From the NCBI GenBank assembly GCA_033764315.1, contig JANRJA010000038.1, positions 1 to 49,474 on the forward strand: a DNA stretch of 49,474 nt, written 5' to 3'. Below the pieces are notes generated by a model. It searched no databases. It saw nothing but the letters and a program-made list of their open reading frames with translations, and had not been told where the DNA came from. Shown piece after piece: positions 1 through 10,608 of this stretch. Position 1 is the stretch's first letter, and every line of letters starts with the position of its first letter. The translations under genes were made by a program, and so were the position numbers. This DNA is from Oculatellaceae cyanobacterium bins.114. Its GTDB lineage: Bacteria > Cyanobacteriota > Cyanobacteriia > Elainellales > Elainellaceae.

Positions 1-140
1 CATTGAGCTTGGTTTGGCGGTCTTCCCAATCCCAAAAGCCAGGTTGTTTCATCTCAACTCACCCCGTCACTGCTCCATCACTAGGATCTCATACTTGTCT
101 CGATTTAAGACACTGCTTGATCTATTTTTCGAGGTTCCCC
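1..140 (-). mobile_element. Left end of an IS5-family insertion sequence, truncated by the window edge
   Basis: The minus strand reads GGGAACCTCGAAAAATAG at ~140-122, like an IS terminus. An ATG at 52 then gives MKQPGFWDWEDRQTKLN, resembling IS5-group transposase N-termini in cyanobacteria (recalled pattern M-x-Q-x-G-F-W-D). Confidence 0.7.
2..52 (-). CDS. IS5-family transposase, N-terminal 17 codons (partial)
   Basis: Manual translation MKQPGFWDWEDRQTKLN; the frame runs off the window. Confidence 0.65.
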   Translation of the reverse strand, partial: MKQPGFWDWEDRQTKLN

Positions 141-350
141 ATAGTAATCAACAAACGGTCCGCTATAAAGATGGGGAAGCTGTTGTGACCAGTGTTCAAC
201 GAACTGATTGGAATAGTTGAATAAGCACTCAGACCCAACCTGTAGACGATAAAAGCCATCTGTGAAGCCGAACCATGACAGGCTTAGATGGGGAGGGTTG
301 CCCCAAGGTTGTATTTCCTCTATCGGACGAAGATCAAAATCAAACAACAT
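141..350 (-). pseudogene. DUF5984-like protein, 5' part interrupted by the IS
   Basis: MLFDFDLRPIEEIQPWG...LSWFGFTDGFY...VDYY resembles the DUF5984 N-terminus. The frame switches into the IS terminus (GEPRKI...) right after DYY. Confidence 0.55.
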
Positions 351-466
351 GGGAGATAGGCTGAATCATTTGCCAAGTATGCTACGAATCTCTCATCCTT
401 CATCCTTTGGCTTTTTCCCTGTTCATTCTTTTTATTTTTCATCCTTATATCGTTTATCCTTTTCCT

Positions 467-892
467 TCAAAGCACCTGTCCGCCGCGAAACCGCCAACGC
501 GGTAAGAGCACTCGCATTAGAGTCTGGGAAAAAGTAAAGATCGCTAACCAGACACAACTGTAGTGCCAGATGAAAGTGTCGAGGGGCATGTCGCGCGCCA
601 TTCCAGGCAACCCCAGCGTTTTAAAGAGAATACCGATAAACACTACTTCCCAAACACCAGCCAACACCTGAAAGGCAGCAGGCCAATCGCGATCCCAGCG
701 AAATTTTTGCAGGTAGTCATAGAGCACATCCCACACCAGCCCAAAGCCAGCGACGTAACCCAATACCCAGAAAAAAATGGGATGGGAGCCAGGGCCACCG
801 TAGGTCAAGGCAAAGGGAATGCTAATCAAAACACCAATGGTTGCCAGTAATAATAAGCGAGATTGCCAGCGACCCAACAGTGTAGGAGTCAT
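467..892 (-). CDS. Conserved hypothetical membrane protein
   Basis: 141 aa, about four hydrophobic segments, MTPTLLGRWQSRL start and RWDRDWP motif. Confidence 0.75.
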   Translation of the reverse strand: MTPTLLGRWQSRLLLLATIGVLISIPFALTYGGPGSHPIFFWVLGYVAGFGLVWDVLYDYLQKFRWDRDWPAAFQVLAGVWEVVFIGILFKTLGLPGMARDMPLDTFIWHYSCVWLAIFTFSQTLMRVLLPRWRFRGGQVL

Positions 893-928
893 GACTCAAG
901 AATATGAGGGATACCAAGATACTTTAAC

Positions 929-1798
929 CTACTCAGATTGCCTTGTTTGGCTACTTTGAGCGATGGTTTCCTTGATACGCGGTAATTGTAGAAATGCCTG
1001 GGCCTGTTCCATCAAGCGATCGCCCCACAGGTTTTCTCGTAAAAAATCTGGGTTGCCATATCGCTCGTCTAACCGAATTGCCATTTCGCCCAACGATAAC
1101 GCTTGTTCGCGATCGCCCTGCCCATATAAAACCACAGCCAGTGCTAGTTGGGGTTCAGCTTGCTCGTTGTCAATCGCGATCGCCGATTGCCATTGTCGCA
1201 CGGCTCCTTCAGCATCCCCTTTTTCATACAGGGCTAAGCCAATGTTGTTGACAGCGGGCCAAAATTCTTCATCTAGATCGACAGCTTTTTGATATTGGGC
1301 GATCGCCTCGTCATATTGCTTCAGCATGTAATAGGCATTGCCCAAATCAAACAACGCCCCTGGCACATCCGACTGCAAGCGTAACCCAGCTTGCAAATAT
1401 TCAATCGATCGGTTGTAGTCTTGCTTACGGAAATAGGCTGACCCGATCGCAAATAAGATCGCCGGATTTTGCTGATCTAAGGTTTTAGCGCGTTCGAGTG
1501 CTCTAATACCCTCATCTACGTTCTCCGTTTGCAGATATAAGCTGCCTAACAATGTCCAAATATCAGCATTACCAGGGGCAAGTTGAGTTGCCAACTCAGC
1601 CCGGGGCAGTGCTAGTTGAAATTGCTGAAATTGCGCCAACTGAGCCGCTTCTTGAGCAATACGCAACCCCTGCTCTTCAAGTTGGGTGCCATCTAGCTGT
1701 AATACGTGGGGCACCAGAGCTTGAGAATAGGCAGGTTGAGCCAGATTTAACAAACCACCCGCCACGAAAAGGGAGATGAGAATAAGACGCTTAGGCAC
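929..1798 (-). CDS. Tetratricopeptide repeat protein with signal peptide
   Basis: N-terminal signal (..AYSQ) and tandem TPR motifs (LGSLY, IGSAYF, LGNAYY, IGLALY). Confidence 0.9.
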   Translation of the reverse strand: MPKRLILISLFVAGGLLNLAQPAYSQALVPHVLQLDGTQLEEQGLRIAQEAAQLAQFQQFQLALPRAELATQLAPGNADIWTLLGSLYLQTENVDEGIRALERAKTLDQQNPAILFAIGSAYFRKQDYNRSIEYLQAGLRLQSDVPGALFDLGNAYYMLKQYDEAIAQYQKAVDLDEEFWPAVNNIGLALYEKGDAEGAVRQWQSAIAIDNEQAEPQLALAVVLYGQGDREQALSLGEMAIRLDERYGNPDFLRENLWGDRLMEQAQAFLQLPRIKETIAQSSQTRQSE

Positions 1799-2016
1799 AG
1801 TTGGATTTTAATGAAGAACGCAGTGTATTCTCCGCTAGCTTAGACCATCTTTTCTCGATCGTGGCAAATATCTTAAGAAAAGAGAAGAGGGAAGAGAAGA
1901 AAACGAAGAGAGAAAGGCGAAGGGGGTATTCATGGGTTTTCTGGATGAAGTCCCCATTAGCGGATTTAGCATTGATAGCTGTCGCTTCAATCGTTGGGTT
2001 GAATGAGGGACTAGAC

Positions 2017-2112
2017 CCAGCGAATGAATTCGCGTCTATCCAAACAAAGTCTGCCTTCGCAGACTGGGGTGGTTGAAACCTGCCTTTACAGGGTTTGCTC
2101 TGGTAGCGGTTT
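2017..2112 (-). repeat. Intergenic palindromic repeat, inverted copy of the MITE interior at 30945-31202 and 32374-32518
   Basis: CCAGCGAATGAATTCGC...GTAGCGGTTT matches the reverse complement of GCGAATTTATTCGCT(A/G)G and GAAACCGC seen in both downstream copies. Confidence 0.6.
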
Positions 2113-2240
2113 GGGGGATTGATGCGTTAAGGCTAACGCCCAACACATCATACAAAAGCCGATGTTATTGAATTCTCATTCCTTAGCAGGCTTGATGCAC
2201 TCTTCATTGCATTCTTCTCTTTTCTTTTTTCTTTTTTTCT

Positions 2241-3233
2241 TTACTCTTCACTCTTCTTTTTTAAATTGGCGATCGCGTTACGTCGCCACATATACGGTTT
2301 GATCCGCCGCAATGCTGAGCCTTGAAACCGTCGATCCCAGTCCTCATCGGTTAGCTCAGCCAGTTCCGTCAGAGTGGGGGCAATGTTCCAGGAGCGGGGT
2401 TGAAACGCCTCAACATCCGTCGGTTGGGCAAAGCGTTGATTCCAGGGGCAGACATCCTGGCAGATATCGCAGCCTGCAACCCATCCGTTTAAGTGGGGGG
2501 CGATCGCCTCTGGCAAAGTCTCAGCTCGGTTTTCGATGGTGTGATAGGCGATGCAGCGGTTGGCATCGACCACGAAAGGATGGGCGATCGCTCCCGTTGG
2601 GCAAGCGTCAATGCACCGAGTGCAGGTGCCGCAGTGCGACGTATGGGGGCGATCGGGGGTAAGTTCTAGATTGGTCAAAACCTCTCCCAAAAACACCCAG
2701 GAGCCATAGTCACGGGTAATCACATTGCTGTTTTTGGCAATCCAGCCAATCCCTGCTCGCTCTGCCCACACCTTGTCTTGTACAGGTCCCGTATCAGCAT
2801 AATAGCGAGCTTCAATGCCATCCCCTTGCGCTTCTAACCAGGTGGTCAAGGCTTTGAGGCGTTTGTGCAACTGCCGATGATAATCTTTGCCCCAACCATA
2901 GCGAGAGATTTTGGCGTAGTTTTCTCCCTCTGGGCGATCGCCGGAGGTGTAATAGTTCAACGCAACACAAATGAGCGATCGCACTGACGGCATCACCATT
3001 TGAATATCTTGGCGTTTAGGATTCTCCATCCAGGTCATATCGGCGTGATATCCCTGCGCTAGCCACTGTTGCAGTGGGGCATCGAGAGGATTAGTCGCAG
3101 TCTCAGTTATCTCAGGCACGGCTGCAATGCCGACTTTATGAAAGCCCAACTCTAACGCCTTTTTTTTGACAAACGAACTGTCAAGACAGGGGAGCGGGTT
3201 AGACGGGGCATCAGAAGCAGGTGGGTTAAGCAC
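2241..3233 (-). CDS. queG: tRNA epoxyqueuosine(34) reductase
   Basis: [24 protein letters not shown] and [12 protein letters not shown] Fe-S motifs. Confidence 0.95.
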   Translation of the reverse strand: MLNPPASDAPSNPLPCLDSSFVKKKALELGFHKVGIAAVPEITETATNPLDAPLQQWLAQGYHADMTWMENPKRQDIQMVMPSVRSLICVALNYYTSGDRPEGENYAKISRYGWGKDYHRQLHKRLKALTTWLEAQGDGIEARYYADTGPVQDKVWAERAGIGWIAKNSNVITRDYGSWVFLGEVLTNLELTPDRPHTSHCGTCTRCIDACPTGAIAHPFVVDANRCIAYHTIENRAETLPEAIAPHLNGWVAGCDICQDVCPWNQRFAQPTDVEAFQPRSWNIAPTLTELAELTDEDWDRRFQGSALRRIKPYMWRRNAIANLKKKSEE

Positions 3234-3376
3234 GGGTTGAGTGGATTAGCAAACAGGTTTGGAATCATTTCGCTGCGTTTTGGCTCTCTCAATGGGGGAT
3301 CAAATTCCCTCTCACGAGATAGGGCAGTGCTTCAAACAGACGGGTATGTTGGGGTGGACGCAGCAACAGAAGAATT

Positions 3377-3805
3377 ATGAGAGACAAAGTGACAGATAGG
3401 GTTGACTCAACGGCGATCGCATTACCCATTAACGCGATTTCAGAACCGGTGATTTTGACCTATTTTGAAACGTTGAATGCAGGGGATTTTCAAGCTACAG
3501 CTGACTTATTCGATGAAGTGGGTATATTGTATCCCCCATTTGACGAAGCGTTGGTAGGAAGGGAAGCGATCGCCCACTATCTTGCAACTGAAGCAAAAGG
3601 AATGAAGTTTCAGCCGTTAACAGGAACCTACGGCGTCTTAGAAACAGGTGATACGGAATTCACGATTGCTGGAAAAGTGCAAACCCCCTTATTTGGCGTC
3701 AACGTTGTCTGGGATTTTGTCTTGAATCCACACTCCCAAATTCTCTCTGTTCGTATCAAACTTCTAGCAAATTTACAGGAATTGCTAAGCCTGAAATCAG
3801 AATGA
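3377..3805 (+). CDS. NTF2-like orange carotenoid protein C-terminal domain homolog (CTDH)
   Basis: YFETLNAGDF..TA.LF, PPF...VGREAI..YL..EA.GM and GKVQTPLFGVNV.W.F.LN match the OCP CTD. Confidence 0.85.
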   Translation: MRDKVTDRVDSTAIALPINAISEPVILTYFETLNAGDFQATADLFDEVGILYPPFDEALVGREAIAHYLATEAKGMKFQPLTGTYGVLETGDTEFTIAGKVQTPLFGVNVVWDFVLNPHSQILSVRIKLLANLQELLSLKSE

Positions 3806-3877
3806 AGGCAACCAGTCGGGTCAAAAGTGGAGGGCAAGGGTTGACTCCTAGCTTCTTTCTAAAGTTGTGATGACCCT

Positions 3878-5149
3878 TCACGGTTGGTGACAGATGCCAA
3901 ACACTGATGTGTAGCCATGTAAGAAAGTAGCGTCTCCGACAGGACCAATCTCTCCTCCACAAAAGAACCCACTCAATGGAATATTTCTTAAGTAACGATT
4001 AAAAAGTTGAGAATCAAAATTGGACTTGCCATACAACCCTTCGCCTCTGCCCATGCATGAAAACATCAGTGCTCCTGATGGAGACGCTTGAGCAGGTGAA
4101 TCAGACCCCAAAACAGTTTGGTTGTCATAGCGTTTGAGTAACATCTCTAGTTCTTCGGCAGACGTATTGGCATCGCGCAGATGAAACTGGATGCGTTGAC
4201 CAGGTCGAACGCGATCGCCAACTGCGATCGCCCCATTCCGGGGATCAACTCCTAGTAGGTTACGAATCAGAAAATCTCCATATTCCAGATTTTGCTTAAA
4301 TTCGTTCCGGGCAATGCCTACAAACAGTGAGTGTTGCGCTAACTGGCGATCTTCTTCACTCAGTTCTTGAAACAATTCTTGCAGGATTTCTAAAGGCGTA
4401 CGCGGTTGACCACAGGCGATCGCACTGTCTGCCGAATTTTCTTCTAACTTCAATAAAATGTTGCGATCGCCTTCTACCACCTGATAGGGCGGACCAATAG
4501 GGCGACATCCCTGAGCCACCACCGTTTCCAGGACGATATTGCCACTCAAGGCAACCCCAACCACCCCTTCTCGATGCAGGTGGTAGTTGTAGAATAAGCC
4601 GCTGCTCTGACGAACCGAGCCAACACTGGCCAATCCCCCAATCTTGACTGATCCCGGATAGGCAAAATCTAACCCTTGCAGCAAATCATTAATCCTGGAT
4701 GCAAAGGGGTCTGCCAATAGGACAAATTGGGGATTGTCTTGGGGTGAGACTCCCACCAACTCAACCCAGGCATTAGGAGAGCTATCTAAATCTGGCAACG
4801 CATCAGGGGCGATATGAAAAGCCTGAACCTTGACATTGGGGAGTGAGGCTAGACAGAGGCTAATGGCAGCGTCTTCTTCGACTTCTTGGGTTTCCCCATT
4901 TGCATCAACCCCGATCACCCCACCGCCACTACAGCCAATCAGCGTCGGCACTGACAAATATTCTTGTAGCAATGGCATTAAGCGCGAATATTCACTCGCA
5001 AACGCTGATGAGATAAACACCAGTCCTAAATCAGGGGAGGATTGCAGCGATCGCTGAGTTTGCTCAACCACCTCTTTAATCGCCGTCTCCAACGAGGGGC
5101 GAGTTGACAATCCACTAACCCATTGCATTGGTTGATTCATCGCTGTCAT
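3878..5149 (-). CDS. FIST N/C domain sensor protein
   Basis: LIGCSGGGVIG, VAQGCRPIG, FSCMGRG and GFFCGGEIGP motifs. Confidence 0.9.
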   Translation of the reverse strand: MTAMNQPMQWVSGLSTRPSLETAIKEVVEQTQRSLQSSPDLGLVFISSAFASEYSRLMPLLQEYLSVPTLIGCSGGGVIGVDANGETQEVEEDAAISLCLASLPNVKVQAFHIAPDALPDLDSSPNAWVELVGVSPQDNPQFVLLADPFASRINDLLQGLDFAYPGSVKIGGLASVGSVRQSSGLFYNYHLHREGVVGVALSGNIVLETVVAQGCRPIGPPYQVVEGDRNILLKLEENSADSAIACGQPRTPLEILQELFQELSEEDRQLAQHSLFVGIARNEFKQNLEYGDFLIRNLLGVDPRNGAIAVGDRVRPGQRIQFHLRDANTSAEELEMLLKRYDNQTVLGSDSPAQASPSGALMFSCMGRGEGLYGKSNFDSQLFNRYLRNIPLSGFFCGGEIGPVGDATFLHGYTSVFGICHQP

Positions 5150-5570
5150 TGCAATTTCCCTTGGGAATTTTATCGATCCTATCAGTCCCTATCAGTCTTA
5201 AAACAGTCCTCAGAGTTGCAAAACCATCAAATTTGGCTCAAGGCTTGGCTTCAAAGCAGTTCAGGCGTTATCTACCATTCTACTGAGTAAAATTGCTTAT
5301 GAAGATAGAGGCAATTACTCCAGTAGACGTTAATATATATAGAGAACTACTGATCATAACGTGTAAAGGCTAGGGTAGAAAAGTCAAATCTTAAATCTAT
5401 AACGAGATTTTCTTACAACCTTGGTGATTTGTGCGTTATTAGAAGATAGTTATATTCCCAGCTACACTTGGGTAGCTACCACGGCAAACTTGGAACCCCA
5501 GTCATCCAAGTCATTCAGAGTAAGAATGCTCTAATATACCGATGGACGTAAGTTGAGACAGCCAAAATCT

Positions 5571-5795
5571 ATGAACGATATCCACAGCAAAATCGAACAA
5601 GAACGTGACGAAGCCCGCAACGTCTGCGAAGTTAAGGGCGATGGCTCTGTTGAGTGTGCCGTTGCTTGGGACGCAGTTGAAGAACTGCAAGCTGAAGCTG
5701 CTCACCAGCGGCAGAAGGAAGCTCCCAAAAATTCTCTTCAGCAGTATTGTGATGCTAACCCCGAAGCTGACGAATGTCGGATTTACGACAACTAA
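5571..5795 (+). CDS. cp12: Calvin cycle regulator CP12
   Basis: AWDAVEEL core, N-terminal Cys pair and C-terminal YCDANPEADECRIYD. ATG at 5571 preferred. Confidence 0.95.
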   Translation: MNDIHSKIEQERDEARNVCEVKGDGSVECAVAWDAVEELQAEAAHQRQKEAPKNSLQQYCDANPEADECRIYDN

Positions 5796-5832
5796 GCTTG
5801 GCTTATCTGGCATTTTAAACAGCCATTATGTG

Positions 5833-5867
5833 GAGGGCAGCACGCGGGTGTTTGCCCTTTTGTTTTT
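5833..5867 (+). terminator. Intrinsic terminator after cp12
   Basis: AGGGCAGCAC-gcgg-GTGTTTGCCCT hairpin followed by a T-rich tail. Confidence 0.7.
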
Positions 5868-6117
5868 GGTATTAAAATGCCCAAATGATTGCCCCCATTG
5901 CTTGAATGCTGAGAAAATTCTGAATCAAAATTCTCAAGGTTTGGGAAACTTAAGGAGCTTTAAACGCTTGTTGGAGTTACAAGTTCACCCTTTGACCCAG
6001 CGATGCCTGGTTTGGCGATCTTTGATGTAGCAACCTATTGTTTTTGAAATCTATTCTCTTTGCATTTCACTGTGGTTTGTATTCTATTACGGTTGAATTA
6101 GGTGTGGTTGAACAGGT

Positions 6118-6597
6118 GTGGTTGAGCAGGCAGTAACACTAACACTAACGGATGCAGCGGCGACGCAAGAGTTAGGTCTAAGCTTGGGGCGATCGCTCTC
6201 CAGTGGCAGCACATTATTGCTAGACGGTGATTTGGGCAGTGGCAAAACGACTCTGATTCAAGGAATTGCAGCCGGATTGGGCATCACCGACCCCATCGTT
6301 AGCCCAACCTTTAATCTCATCAACGAATATTTTGAGGGGCGGTTGCCGCTCTATCACTTTGACTTATATCGGCTTGCCCCCAGTGAGGTTGTAACCCTCA
6401 CTCCAGAACTTTATTGGGAGGGAATCGAATATCCCTTAGGAATTGTGGCGATCGAGTGGGCAGAGCGGCTTTCCTATTACCCCAATCGTTATTTACAAAT
6501 CTCTCTCAAGCACGATGCGGCAGGACGTCATATTTGTCTGCTTCCTAAAGGTGACTTTGAGCATGAATTGGCTCAGATTGTTGCTCTCAAAGCTTAG
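6118..6597 (+). CDS. tsaE: tRNA threonylcarbamoyladenosine biosynthesis ATPase
   Basis: GDLGSGKTT, SPTF, HFDLYRL and IEWAE motifs. Confidence 0.95.
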   Translation: MVEQAVTLTLTDAAATQELGLSLGRSLSSGSTLLLDGDLGSGKTTLIQGIAAGLGITDPIVSPTFNLINEYFEGRLPLYHFDLYRLAPSEVVTLTPELYWEGIEYPLGIVAIEWAERLSYYPNRYLQISLKHDAAGRHICLLPKGDFEHELAQIVALKA

Positions 6598-6889
6598 GGA
6601 ACTCCCTCAAAAAAACTCACTTTCAACAACAGTTACTACTCTTTGAAATAGGTCTAAAGCCATTTCAAATCACGGTCGAGAAAAAGGCGATCGCAGCCCT
6701 GGAAGCACCAAGATTGTAAGGATTTAGTTTTCATAAATCCCTTGAGATGAGTACATGATTGGTCAAAAATCGCTATACACTAAAACAGCAACAAATTATT
6801 ATTTTTTCATCTGTACTGGCTCAGACAGAGAAGCTAAATGGCTTCCTGGTTTCTTACACTAAAAGAATGCAGATGGTGAGGACACAACC

Positions 6890-7918
6890 ATGTTTGAACT
6901 GCTCACGCGAGTCTTGCTTTGGGTACTGATTGTCACCATCATCTGGTACATCTTTAGCCGATTTATTAATAAAGTCTATCTAACCTGGTTAGGGGGATTA
7001 ATCGTATTTGCATTTATTATCCTGGCGTTTTTAGAACCTACAAACAAAACGGTTGGAACGGTCTGGAGCATTTTGTCGCTGCCCCTGAAACCATTGGGGT
7101 TGGCGATTTTTCTATTACTCAACTCGCTGAAAGAAGGAACTAAGAAAATTGCTGCTAATCAAGTCGTGGCAGCCCTATTGGTTTTATTTTTTACCAGCAC
7201 ACCCATTGTGTCCTATTGGTTGGCGTCTCAAACGGAGCGATCGGCATCATCAACCGTGCAGATTCAGGGCGATCGCCCCCCTGATCCAGCTTCTGTCAAG
7301 GCGATCGTCGTTTTGGGAGATGGCACCTCACCCGGCGACCCTACCTACGGAGTTCGGACTCAATTTAGCAATGCCGAAGATGGGTTTGGTACAGGGTTAG
7401 TGTCTCGTCTCTATTACGCAGGGCAGATCTATCAAAATCTGGCAGCCCAAAATAACACCCCTTTAGTGATTGTCAGTGCTGGCCCTCAACCGGATAACGG
7501 GACAGAAGGGGCAGATCGAACTCAGGAAACAATCAACTTGCTCGTTAGTGCTGGAGTTCCTGAGGAACGAATTTTAATCGAGCCTGACGGGGTAGATGTG
7601 CGCAGTAGCGCGATGGAGGTTGAGCAACTCCTGGTTGAAAGGGGATATCAAAAGGCAAGTGATACGATTGTTTTAATCTCTCCTGCACTCAACATTCGTC
7701 GAGCTACTTCTGCCTTTGCTCATATGGGCTTGCAAGCTCAGGCTAGACCCACCGATTTCTTTGCATTTCAACTGCGAGAAGGAAGGCGATTGGCCCTGTT
7801 ATCAGATCTAGTTCCTAATGTTGAGGCACTGGCTTTAACAACTCGTGTTGTCGATGAATACCTCACGTCTGTTTATTACTTCTTGCGAGGCTGGCTCTTA
7901 AATCCGATGACATTTTAA
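6890..7918 (+). CDS. YdcF/DUF218 family membrane protein
   Basis: N-terminal TM helices, then AIVVLG, RLYYAG, GVPEERILIE and RRATSAF. Confidence 0.8.
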   Translation: MFELLTRVLLWVLIVTIIWYIFSRFINKVYLTWLGGLIVFAFIILAFLEPTNKTVGTVWSILSLPLKPLGLAIFLLLNSLKEGTKKIAANQVVAALLVLFFTSTPIVSYWLASQTERSASSTVQIQGDRPPDPASVKAIVVLGDGTSPGDPTYGVRTQFSNAEDGFGTGLVSRLYYAGQIYQNLAAQNNTPLVIVSAGPQPDNGTEGADRTQETINLLVSAGVPEERILIEPDGVDVRSSAMEVEQLLVERGYQKASDTIVLISPALNIRRATSAFAHMGLQAQARPTDFFAFQLREGRRLALLSDLVPNVEALALTTRVVDEYLTSVYYFLRGWLLNPMTF

Positions 7919-7955
7919 TTTTTAATATTGACTCCTCAGCACTACCTTTCACCGC

Positions 7956-9707
7956 ATGGCTAACTCAAATCGATTACAAAAACTACTGACTTATCTGCGT
8001 CCTCATTGGCGACAAACGGCTTTAGGAATTCTAGCTTTATTAGTTGTAAATGCAGTTGGTGTTTATATTCCTCTACTGATTCGCAACAGCATCGACAGAT
8101 TACAGGTGGCTTTTAGCTTTGAACGAGTGCTGTATTACGTCGCACTGATTTTTGTGCTGGCATCGGTGATGTGGGTTGTGCGAATGACCTCTCGTATTTT
8201 GTTATTTGGGGTTGGCAGACAGGTCGAGTTTGACTTGAAACAGCGTATTTTTAATCATCTGTTGACTCTTGAACCAGCTTATTTTGCAACGAACACCGTA
8301 GGCGATCTGATTAGCCGTGCAACCAGTGATGTTGATAATATTCGACGCTTGTTAGGCTTTGCTGTCTTAAGTTTAGCCAACACGGTGTTTGCCTATGGTC
8401 TAACGTTACCAGTGATGTTGTTGATTAGTTGGCGATTGACTCTGGTGGCGATCGCTATCTATCCCATCATGTTCTTTTTGGTGCATCTGTTTAGTAATCG
8501 TCTCCGTAATGAGCAATTAGCCGTTCAAGAAGAAACCTCTAACCTCAGTGATTTGATTCAAGAAGACATGAGCGGCATGGCTCTGATTAAGATCTATGCT
8601 CAAGAAGAAAATGAACGTCGTGCCTTTCAAGATCTAAATCAACAACTATTAAAGGCTAATTTGCGACTGGCAAAAACGCGCAACATGCTCTTTCCACTGT
8701 TGGGTGGGTTGGCAAGCATCAGTTTGTTAGCTGTTTTGGCATTAGGGTCTGGGGCGATCGCCAGTGGTGTAATTACAATTGGTGATTTTTTGGCATTGCT
8801 CCTCTACGTCGAACGGTTAGTCTTTCCCACGGCTATTTTGGGGTTTACCATCACGGCTTATCAACGGGGTGAGGTTAGCATTGATCGGATTGAATACATG
8901 CTGTCGGTTGAACCCAAAATCAAAGATACGTCTAACGCTATTCCTCTAAAAGCGTCAGAGGTTAAAGGCTGGCTGATGGCTCAACATCTGAGTTACGCCT
9001 ATCCAGATGCGAGGGGTGTGGCGTTAGATGATATCAACTTTACCATTCAACCGGGAGAAACAGTGGCGATCGTTGGCCCCATTGGTTCTGGCAAGTCAAC
9101 TCTGGCAAATGCCCTGACCCTGTTACTCGATATTGCGCCTGGTCAATTGTTTTTAGATGGGTACGATATCACTCAGATTCGGTTGCGCGATTTGCGGTCG
9201 GCGATCGCCTATGTCCCTCAAGATAGTTTTCTCTTTAGCACCACCATCAAAAACAACATCAGCTATGGCGACCCGGTGGCCGAGCAACCCTTGGTCGAGG
9301 CTTCTGCCAAACAAGCCCAAATTCACCAGGAGATTCTCAACTTTCCGCAAGAGTACAAAACTATTGTGGGTGAACGAGGTATCACACTCTCAGGAGGGCA
9401 GCGTCAACGCAGCGCACTAGGACGAGCCTTACTAGTGGATGCACCTGTGTTGATTTTGGATGATGCGCTCTCCAGCGTAGACAATCAAACGGCTACCGAG
9501 ATTCTCAAGAACCTCTCAGAAGGAACTCGCCGCAAAACTGTGCTTTTCATCTCTCATCAACTGTCTGCGGCGGCGATGGCTGACCGAATTTTGGTGATGG
9601 ATCAAGGCAAAATTGTCCAATCAGGTACCCACGCTGAGTTAGTCAGTCAATCTGGTTTGTATCAAACTCTGTGGGATCAACACAAACTTGAAGAAATATT
9701 GCAGTAA
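7956..9707 (+). CDS. ABC exporter, fused permease and ATP-binding protein
   Basis: N-terminal TM domain, GPIGSGKST, LSGGQRQR and ILDDALSSVD. Confidence 0.95.
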   Translation: MANSNRLQKLLTYLRPHWRQTALGILALLVVNAVGVYIPLLIRNSIDRLQVAFSFERVLYYVALIFVLASVMWVVRMTSRILLFGVGRQVEFDLKQRIFNHLLTLEPAYFATNTVGDLISRATSDVDNIRRLLGFAVLSLANTVFAYGLTLPVMLLISWRLTLVAIAIYPIMFFLVHLFSNRLRNEQLAVQEETSNLSDLIQEDMSGMALIKIYAQEENERRAFQDLNQQLLKANLRLAKTRNMLFPLLGGLASISLLAVLALGSGAIASGVITIGDFLALLLYVERLVFPTAILGFTITAYQRGEVSIDRIEYMLSVEPKIKDTSNAIPLKASEVKGWLMAQHLSYAYPDARGVALDDINFTIQPGETVAIVGPIGSGKSTLANALTLLLDIAPGQLFLDGYDITQIRLRDLRSAIAYVPQDSFLFSTTIKNNISYGDPVAEQPLVEASAKQAQIHQEILNFPQEYKTIVGERGITLSGGQRQRSALGRALLVDAPVLILDDALSSVDNQTATEILKNLSEGTRRKTVLFISHQLSAAAMADRILVMDQGKIVQSGTHAELVSQSGLYQTLWDQHKLEEILQ

Positions 9708-9809
9708 AATCCAGACTTAAGACTTTAGACAGACTGCAAACCCAGCTAGGGTAACTAATATGGGAACTACAACAAAGTTGTTGAGATTTGTAACAAGAGG
9801 ATAGAACCC

Positions 9810-10016
9810 ATGACTAACTCTACTGATTTACCTAACGTTGCTAGAGAATATAACGGTGCTGACCGCAATGCTTTCTTGTTTGGCTGGACTCCCCAAGCTG
9901 AATTATGGAATGGTCGTTTGGCAATGATCGGCTTTGTCGCTTACCTCCTGTGGGATTTAGGTGGTTACAGCGTTCTGCGCGATGTGCTTCACCTCGTCTC
10001 TTATGCTGGACAGTAA
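9810..10016 (+). CDS. High-light-inducible protein (chlorophyll a/b-binding family)
   Basis: FGWTPQAELWNGRLAMIGF motif. Confidence 0.92.
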   Translation: MTNSTDLPNVAREYNGADRNAFLFGWTPQAELWNGRLAMIGFVAYLLWDLGGYSVLRDVLHLVSYAGQ

Positions 10017-10076
10017 TCTAGGCAGTAATTTTGTCTAACAGTAACTCTCCTTGATTGGTAATAACTGAGGCATTTA

Positions 10077-10145
10077 AGCTTTAAAAATAATTAGGACTCC
10101 TGTGGCTATGGCATAGCTGTCCTGATTATTTTTAAAGCTCTTTTT
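10077..10145 (+). terminator. Long hairpin/terminator after the HLIP gene
   Basis: AGCTTTAAAAATAATTAGGAC ... GTCCTGATTATTTTTAAAGCT followed by a T run. Confidence 0.65.
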
Positions 10146-10248
10146 GTGGCTTAAGGGAGACTCTTTGGCAATAGGGATGGCACAATCAGAATAGCGTTGT
10201 CGTCCTTAGAAGTTCCTCCTCTGATATTCAGCCTCTGTTTTCTGCACG

Positions 10249-10608
10249 ATGAAATTCTTTCCCTTACTGACTATTGCTGGATTGAATGTTGTGGCGATCG
10301 CCCTTACCCTGCCAGCGGTTGCCCAATCGACCCCTGCTCAAAATCAACCTCAAACAGGGTGCTTATCTGGTAATCCAGATGGTACTTTTCGGGGCGATCA
10401 ACCCTTAACTCGCGATGAGTTTGCCGCCGGATTGAGTGCTTGCCTAGATCAAGCCCTACAGCAAATCCAATCGCCGGAGCTGGTAACTCGTGAAGACTTT
10501 GAAGCAACGTTGCAACGCCAGCAAGACCTTAATGGAGAATTGAGAGAATTAAGTCAGCGGCTTGCTTCCCCTACGTCTGATCCTACTAGATCAACTTCAA
10601 ATCCATGA
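10249..10608 (+). CDS. Secreted S-layer homology (SLH) domain protein
   Basis: Signal peptide plus [26 protein letters not shown] and a coiled coil, like cyanobacterial porin N-termini but without the barrel. Confidence 0.85.
   Translation: MKFFPLLTIAGLNVVAIALTLPAVAQSTPAQNQPQTGCLSGNPDGTFRGDQPLTRDEFAAGLSACLDQALQQIQSPELVTREDFEATLQRQQDLNGELRELSQRLASPTSDPTRSTSNP

Noticed and set aside
1801-2076. 91-aa ORF with a Lys/Arg/Glu run
   Set aside because: It arises from a purine-rich low-complexity tract and a repeat element.
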